A stretch of 64,000 nt of DNA from the human T2T-CHM13v2.0 reference genome, Homo sapiens, in assembly GCF_009914755.1 (NCBI RefSeq), contig NC_060946.1, one strand, 5' to 3'. Below are positions 54,105 through 64,000 of the stretch, piece after piece. Every line of letters begins with the position of its first letter. Position 1 is the first letter of the stretch. Made by a program: the position numbers and the translations under genes. The notes beneath the pieces were generated by a model. The model was not told the origin of the DNA. It did not search any database and saw nothing but the letters and a program-made list of their open reading frames with translations.

Positions 54105-55976
54105 ATGGGGCAAACTGAAAGTAAATATGCCTCTTATCTCAGCTTTATTAAAATTCTTTTAAGAAGAGGGGGAGTTAGAGCTTCTACAGAAAATCTAATT
54201 ACGCTATTTCAAACAATAGAACAATTCTGCCCATGGTTTCCAGAACAGGGAACTTTAGATCTAAAAGATTGGGAAAAAATTGGCAAAGAATTAAAACAAG
54301 CAAATAGGGAAGGTAAAATCATCCCACTTACAGTATGGAATGATTGGGCCATTATTAAAGCAACTTTAGAACCATTTCAAACAGGAGAAGATATTGTTTC
54401 AGTTTCTGATGCCCCTAAAAGCTGTGTAACAGATTGTGAAGAAGAGGCAGGGACAGAATCCCAGCAAGGAACGGAAAGTTCACATTGTAAATATGTAGCA
54501 GAGTCTGTAATGGCTCAGTCAACGCAAAATGTTGACTACAGTCAATTACAGGAGATAATATACCCTGAATCATCAAAATTGGGGGAAGGAGGTCCAGAAT
54601 CATTGGGGCCATCAGAGCCTAAACCACGATCGCCATCAACTCCTCCTCCCGTGGTTCAGATGCCTGTAACATTACAACCTCAAACGCAGGTTAGACAAGC
54701 ACAAACCCCAAGAGAAAATCAAGTAGAAAGGGACAGAGTCTCTATCCCGGCAATGCCAACTCAGATACAGTATCCACAATATCAGCCGGTAGAAAATAAG
54801 ACCCAACCGCTGGTAGTTTATCAATACCGGCTGCCAACCGAGCTTCAGTATCGGCCTCCTTCAGAGGTTCAATACAGACCTCAAGCGGTGTGTCCTGTGC
54901 CAAATAGCACGGCACCATACCAGCAACCCACAGCGATGGCGTCTAATTCACCAGCAACACAGGACGCGGCGCTGTATCCTCAGCCGCCCACTGTGAGACT
55001 TAATCCTACAGCATCACGTAGTGGACAGGGTGGTGCACTGCATGCAGTCATTGATGAAGCCAGAAAACAGGGCGATCTTGAGGCATGGCGGTTCCTGGTA
55101 ATTTTACAACTGGTACAGGCCGGGGAAGAGACTCAAGTAGGAGCGCCTGCCCGAGCTGAGACTAGATGTGAACCTTTCACCATGAAAATGTTAAAAGATA
55201 TAAAGGAAGGAGTTAAACAATATGGATCCAACTCCCCTTATATAAGAACATTATTAGATTCCATTGCTCATGGAAATAGACTTACTCCTTATGACTGGGA
55301 AATTTTGGCCAAATCTTCCCTTTCATCCTCTCAGTATCTACAGTTTAAAACCTGGTGGATTGATGGAGTACAAGAACAGGTACGAAAAAATCAGGCTACT
55401 AAGCCCACTGTTAATATAGACGCAGACCAATTGTTAGGAACAGGTCCAAATTGGAGCACCATTAACCAACAATCAGTGATGCAGAATGAGGCTATTGAAC
55501 AAGTAAGGGCTATTTGCCTCAGGGCCTGGGGAAAAATTCAGGACCCAGGAACAGCTTTCCCTATTAATTCAATTAGACAAGGCTCTAAAGAGCCATATCC
55601 TGACTTTGTGGCAAGATTACAAGATGCTGCTCAAAAGTCTATTACAGATGACAATGCCCGAAAAGTTATTGTAGAATTAATGGCCTATGAAAATGCAAAT
55701 CCAGAATGTCAGTCGGCCATAAAGCCATTAAAAGGAAAAGTTCCAGCAGGAGTTGATGTAATTACAGAATATGTGAAGGCTTGTGATGGGATTGGAGGAG
55801 CTATGCATAAGGCAATGCTAATGGCTCAAGCAATGAGGGGGCTCACTCTAGGAGGACAAGTTAGAACATTTGGGAAAAAATGTTATAATTGTGGTCAAAT
55901 CGGTCATCTGAAAAGGAGTTGCCCAGGCTTAAATAAACAGAATATAATAAATCAAGCTATTAACAGCAAAAAATAA
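54105..55976 (+). CDS. gag: HERV-K Gag polyprotein (MA, p15, CA, first NC zinc knuckle), 623 aa, truncated by a +1 frameshift; gag frame continues to 56253
   Basis: MGQTESK myristoylation start, MHR IRQGSKEPYPDFVARL, CCHC knuckle CYNCGQIGHLKRSC; second knuckle CPKCGKAKHWANQC lies in another frame. Confidence 0.92.
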   Translation: MGQTESKYASYLSFIKILLRRGGVRASTENLITLFQTIEQFCPWFPEQGTLDLKDWEKIGKELKQANREGKIIPLTVWNDWAIIKATLEPFQTGEDIVSVSDAPKSCVTDCEEEAGTESQQGTESSHCKYVAESVMAQSTQNVDYSQLQEIIYPESSKLGEGGPESLGPSEPKPRSPSTPPPVVQMPVTLQPQTQVRQAQTPRENQVERDRVSIPAMPTQIQYPQYQPVENKTQPLVVYQYRLPTELQYRPPSEVQYRPQAVCPVPNSTAPYQQPTAMASNSPATQDAALYPQPPTVRLNPTASRSGQGGALHAVIDEARKQGDLEAWRFLVILQLVQAGEETQVGAPARAETRCEPFTMKMLKDIKEGVKQYGSNSPYIRTLLDSIAHGNRLTPYDWEILAKSSLSSSQYLQFKTWWIDGVQEQVRKNQATKPTVNIDADQLLGTGPNWSTINQQSVMQNEAIEQVRAICLRAWGKIQDPGTAFPINSIRQGSKEPYPDFVARLQDAAQKSITDDNARKVIVELMAYENANPECQSAIKPLKGKVPAGVDVITEYVKACDGIGGAMHKAMLMAQAMRGLTLGGQVRTFGKKCYNCGQIGHLKRSCPGLNKQNIINQAINSKK

Positions 55977-56249
55977 AAAGCCATCTGGCCTGTGTCCAAA
56001 ATGTGGAAAAGCAAAACATTGGGCCAATCAATGTCATTCTAAATTTGATAAAGATGGGCAACCATTGTCTGGAAACAGGAAGAGGGGCCAGCCTCAGGCC
56101 CCCCAACAAACTGGGGCATTCCCAGTTAAACTGTTTGTTCCTCAGGGTTTTCAAGGACAACAACCCCTACAGAAAATACCACCACTTCAGGGAGTCAGCC
56201 AATTACAACAATCCAACAGCTGTCCCGCGCCACAGCAGGCAGCACCGCA

Positions 56250-56960
56250 GTAGATTTATGTTCCACCCAAATGGTCTTTTTACTCCCTGGAAAGCCCCCA
56301 CAAAAGATTCCTAGAGGGGTATATGGCCCGCTGCCAGAAGGGAGGGTAGGCCTTTGAGGGAGATCAAGTCTAAATTTGAAGGGAGTCCAAATTCATACTG
56401 GGGTAATTTATTCAGATTATAAAGGGGGAATTCAGTTAGTGATCAGCTCCACTGTTCCCCGGAGTGCCAATCCAGGTGATAGAATTGCTCAATTACTGCT
56501 TTTGCCTTATGTTAAAATTGGGGAAAACAAAAAGGAAAGAACAGGAGGGTTTGGAAGTACCAACCCTGCAGGAAAAGCTGCTTATTGGGCTAATCAGGTC
56601 TCAGAGGATAGACCCGTGTGTACAGTCACTATTCAGGGAAAGAGTTTGAAGGATTAGTGGATACCCAGGCTGATGTTTCTGTCATCGGCATAGGTACTGC
56701 CTCAGAAGTGTATCAAAGTGCCATGATTTTACATTGTCCAGGATCTGATAATCAAGAAAGTACGGTTCAGCCTGTGATCACTTCATTCCAATCAATTTAT
56801 GGGGCCGAGACTTGTTACAACAATGGCATGCAGAGATTACTATCCCAGCCTCCCTATACAGCCCCAGGAATAAAAAAATCATGACTAAAATGGGATAGCT
56901 CCCTAAAAAGGGACTAGGAAAGAAGTCCCAATTGAGGCTGAAAAAAATCAAAAAAGAAAA
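56250..56960 (+). pseudogene. pro: Defective dUTPase-protease (pro)
   Basis: dUTPase motifs (GVIYSDYKG, PGDRIAQLLL, RTGGFGST), stop at about 56355, protease active site DTG changed to DTQ (56660-56668), deletion after 'ADVS', frameshifts. Confidence 0.88.
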
Positions 56961-59475
56961 GGAATAGGGCATCCTTTTTAGGAGCGGTCACTGTAGAGCC
57001 TCCAAAACCCATTCCATTAACTTGGGGGAAAAAAAAACAACTGTATGGTAAATCAGCAGCGCTTCCAAAACAAAAACTGGAGGCTTTACATTTATTAGCA
57101 AAGAAACAATTAGAAAAAGGACATTGAGCCTTCATTTTCGCCTTGGAATTCTGTTTGTAATTCAGAAAAAATCCGGCAGATGGCGTATAATGCCGTAATT
57201 CAACCCATGGGGGCTCTCCCACCCCGGTTGCCCTCTCCAGCCATGGTCCCCTTTAATTATAATTGATCTGAAGGATTGCTTTTTTACCATTCCTCTGGCA
57301 AAACAGGATTTTGAAAAATTTGCTTTTACCACACCAGCCTAAATAATAAAGAACCAGCCACCAGGTTTCAGTGGAAAGTATTGCCTCAGGGAATGCTTAA
57401 TAGTTCAACTATTTGTCAGCTCAAGCTCTGCAACCAGTTAGAGACAAGTTTTCAGACTGTTACATCGTTCACTATGTTGATATTTTGTGTGCTGCAGAAA
57501 CGAGAGACAAATTAATTGACCGTTACACATTTCTGCAGACAGAGGTTGCCAACGCGGGACTGACAATAACATCTGATAAGATTCAAACCTCTACTCCTTT
57601 CCGTTACTTGGGAATGCAGGTAGAGGAAAGGAAAATTAAACCACAAAAAATAGAAATAAGAAAAGACACATTAAAAGCATTAAATGAGTTTCAAAAGTTG
57701 CTAGGAGATACTAATTGGATTTGGAGATATTAATTGGATTTGGCCAACTCTAGGCATTCCTACTTATGCCATGTCAAATTTGTTCTCTTTCTTAAGAGGG
57801 GACTCGGAATTAAATAGTGAAAGAACGTTAACTCCAGAGGCAACTAAAGAAATTAAATTAATTGAAGAAAAAATTCGGTCAGCACAAGTAAATAGAATAG
57901 ATCACTTGGCCCCACTCCAAATTTTGATTTTTGCTACTGCACATTCCCTAACAGGCATCATTGTTCAAAATACAGATCTTGTGGAGTGGTCCTTCCTTCC
58001 TCACAGTACAATTAAGACTTTTACATTGTACTTGGATCAAATGGCTACATTAATTGGTCAGGGAAGATTATGAATAATAACATTGTGTGGAAATGACCCA
58101 GATAAAATCACTGTTCCTTTCAACAAGCAACAGGTTAGACAAGCCTTTATCAATTCTGGTGCATGGCAGATTGGTCTTGCCGATTTTGTGGGAATTATTG
58201 ACAATCGTTACCCCAAAACAAAAATCTTCCAGTTTTTAAAATTGACTACTTGGATTTTACCTAAAGTTACCAAACATAAGCCTTTAAAAAATGCTCTGGC
58301 AGTGTTTACTGATGGTTCCAGCAATGGAAAAGTGGCTTACACCGGGCCAAAAGAATGAGTCATCAAAACTCAGTATCACTTGACTCAAAGAGCAGAGTTG
58401 GTTGCCGTCATTACAGTGTTAACAAGATTTTAATCAGTCTATTAACATTGTATCAGATTCTGCATATGTAGTACAGGCTACAAAGGATATTGAGAGAGCC
58501 CTAATCAAATACATTATGGATGATCAGTTAAACCCGCTGTTTAATTTGTTACAACAAAATGTAAGAAAAAGAAATTTCCCATTTTATATTACTCATATTC
58601 GAGCACACACTAATTTACCAGGGCCTTTAACTAAAGCAAATGAACAAGCTGACTTGCTAGTATCATCTGCATTCATGGAAGCACAAGAACTTCATGCCTT
58701 GACTCATGTAAATGCAATAGGATTAAAAAATAAATTTGATATCACATGGAAACAGACAAAAAATATTGTACAACATTGCACCCAGTGTCAGATTCTACAC
58801 CTGGCCACTCAGGAGGCAAGAGTTAATCCCAGAGGTCTATGTCCTAATGTGTTATGGCAAATGGATGTCATGCACGTACCTTCATTTGGAAAATTGTCAT
58901 TTGTCCATGTGACAGTTGATACTTATTCACATTTCATATGGGCAACCTGCCAGACAGGAGAAAGTACTTCCCATGTTAAAAGACATTTATTATCTTGTTT
59001 TCCTGTCATGGGAGTTCCAGAAAAAGTTAAAACAGACAATGGGCCAGGTTACTGTAGTAAAGCAGTTCAAAAATTCTTAAATCAGTGGAAAATTACACAT
59101 ACAATAGGAATTCTCTATAATTCCCAAGGACAGGCCATAATTGAAAGAACTAATAGAACACTCAAAGCTCAATTGGTTAAACAAAAAAAAGGAAAAGACA
59201 GGAGTATAACACTCCCCAGATGCAACTTAATCTAGCACTCTATACTTTAAATGTTTTAAACATTTATAGAAATCAGACCACTACCTCTGCAGAACAACAT
59301 CTTACTGGTAAAAGGAACAGCCCACATGAAGGAAAACTGATTTGGTGGAAAGATAATAAAAATAAAACATGGGAAATGGGGAAGGTGATAACGTGGGGGA
59401 GAGGTTTTGCTTGTGTTTCACCAGGAGAAAATCAGCTTCCTGTTTGGATACCCACTAGACATTTAAAGTTCTACA

Positions 59476-61894
<2,419 letters not shown>

Positions 61895-62131
61895 GAAAAA
61901 TTGTTTTGCCTTGAGATGCTGTTAATCTGTAACTTTAGCCCCAACCCTGTGCTCACGGAAACATGTGCTGTAAGGTTTAAGGGATCTAGGGCTGTGCAGG
62001 ATGTACCTTGTTAACAATATGTTTGCAGGCAGTATGTTTGGTAAAAGTCATCGCCATTCTCCATTCTCGATTAACCAGGGGCTCAATGCACTGTGGAAAG
62101 CCACAGGAACCTCTGCCCAAGAAAGCCTGGC

Positions 62132-63127
62132 TGTTGTGGGAAGTCAGGGACCCCGAATGGAGGGACCAGCTGGTGCTGCATCAGGAAACATAAATTGTGA
62201 AGATTTCTTGGACATTTATCAGTTTCCAAAATTAATACTTTTATAATTTCTTACACCTGTCTTACTTTAATCTCTTAATCCTGTTATCTTTGTAAGCTGA
62301 GGATATACGTCACCTCAGGACCACTATTGTACAAATTGATTGTAAAACATGTTCACATGTGTTTGAACAATATGAAATCAGTGCACCTTGAAAATGAACA
62401 GAATAACAGTGATTTTAGGGAACAAAGGAAGACAACCATAAGGTCTGACTGCCTGAGGGGTCGGGCAAAAAGCCATATTTTTCTTCTTGCAGAGAGCCTA
62501 TAAATGGACGTGCAAGTAGGAGAGATATTGCTAAATTCTTTTCCTAGCAAGGAATATAATACTAAGACCCTAGGGAAAGAATTGCATTCCTGGGGGGAGG
62601 TCTATAAACGGCCGCTCTGGGAGTGTCTGTCCTATGTGGTTGAGATAAGGACTGAGATACGCCCTGGTCTCCTGCAGTACCCTCAGGCTTACTAGGATTG
62701 GGAAACCCCAGTCCTGGTAAATTTGAGGTCAGGCCGGTTCTTTGCTCTGAACCCTGTTTTCTGTTAAGATGTTTATCAAGACAATACATGCACCGCTGAA
62801 CATAGACCCTTATCAGGAGTTTCTGATTTTGCTCTGGTCCTGTTTCTTCAGAAGCATGTCATCTTTGCTCTGCCTTCTGCCCTTTGAAGCATGTGATCTT
62901 TGTGACCTACTCCCTGTTCATACACCCCTCCCCTTTTAAAATCCCTAATAAAAACTTGCTGGTTTTGTGGCTCAGGGGGGCATCATGGACCTACCAATAC
63001 GTGATGTCACCCCCGGTGGCCCAGCTGTAAAATTCCTTTCTTTATACTCTTATTTCTCAGACCAGCTGACACTTAGGGAAAATAGAAAGAACCTATGTTG
63101 AAATATTGGAGGCGGGTTCCCCCGATA
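62132..63127 (+). mobile_element. MER11 (HML-8) solo LTR nested in the 3' LTR
   Basis: TGTTGTGGGAAGTCAGGGACCCC...GGTTCCCCCGATA termini; TSD CCTGGC / CCTGGG; AATAAA at 62947-62952. Confidence 0.9.
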
Positions 63128-64000
63128 CCTGGGTATTGTCCAAGGTTTCCTTTGCTGAGGAGGATTAGTAAAAGGAATGCCTCCATCTCCTGCATGTCCC
63201 TGGGAACAGAATGTTCCCACCAACCACCCTGTGGCTGGAGGCGGGATATGCTGGCAGCAATGCTGCTCTATTACTCTTTGCTACACTGAGATGTTTGGGT
63301 GGAGAGAAGCATAAATCTGGCCTATGTGCACATCTGGGCACAGCACCTTCCTTTGAACTTATTTGTGACACAGATTCCTTTGCTCACGTTTTCCTGTTGA
63401 CTTTCTCACCACTCACCCTATTCTCCTGTGGCATTCGCCTTGCGGAGATAGTGAAAATAGTAATAAATACTGAGGGAACTCAGACTGAGGGAACTCAGAC
63501 TGGGCAGACCGGGGCCAGTGTGGGTCCTCCATATGCTGAGCGCCGGTTCCCTGGGCCCACTGTTCTTTCTCTATACTTTGTCTCTGTGCCTTATTTTCTC
63601 AGTCTCTCATTCCACCTGATGAGAAATACCCACAGGTGTGGAGGGGCTGGCCCCCTTCAGTTTGATTTCCCCCCGACTTCCAAATAAGTTGAAATTATAC
63701 ACTAAGCATCTATTTAATTAAGTTTTCCAGGGTGTGGATAATAAGAGACACGACTGGAATGGGGTGGGCAGTCCCATCCCTGCTCTTGCCTGTTGGAATT
63801 CTCAGCCCTCAGGCCACAAAATATGGCAAGTTGTAATGTAGGGGACGGAAGCCATGGGCGAGCCAGCCAGAGCTATCACTCCAGGATGCCAGGTGGGCAA
63901 GGGGGACCCCAGGCAGCTCTGCCTCACAGAGGAGGTTCAGATGAACCTCAGGGAGCCTGCCACCCTCTCTGGGGCCTCAGAAGCAGACAGGAGGAGTTAA

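Overview
Human (primate) genomic DNA, repeat-rich, with no recognisable intact host protein-coding gene. The right end holds an old, type-2 HERV-K(HML-2) provirus (52971-63659, 5-bp TSD GTTTG). It has a nearly open Gag (623 aa; removing one extra A gives 715 aa), decayed pro/pol/env, an Alu in env and a MER11 (HML-8) LTR inside its 3' LTR. From memory of its Gag sequence and layout, it matches the 22q11.23 provirus / PCAT14 locus; I could not verify this by search. Immediately upstream lies a second HML-2 element (51293-52481) that is not a simple solo LTR but an internally deleted provirus keeping its PBS, splice donor and Gag start, which is well placed to act as promoter and first exon for the downstream provirus. 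A splice from 59537 to 61717 would make an intact 79-aa Np9-like protein even though the provirus is type 2. Three more HML-2 solo LTRs make five independent HML-2 insertions in 64 kb. The window also has an ERV1-type solo LTR, an RPL12 processed pseudogene inserted in a MER91-like element, two CpG islands (one with paired RFX X-boxes), many Alus including an AluYb8, and MaLR/L1/L2 relics. Repeat subfamily names are from recognition, not from a RepeatMasker run.
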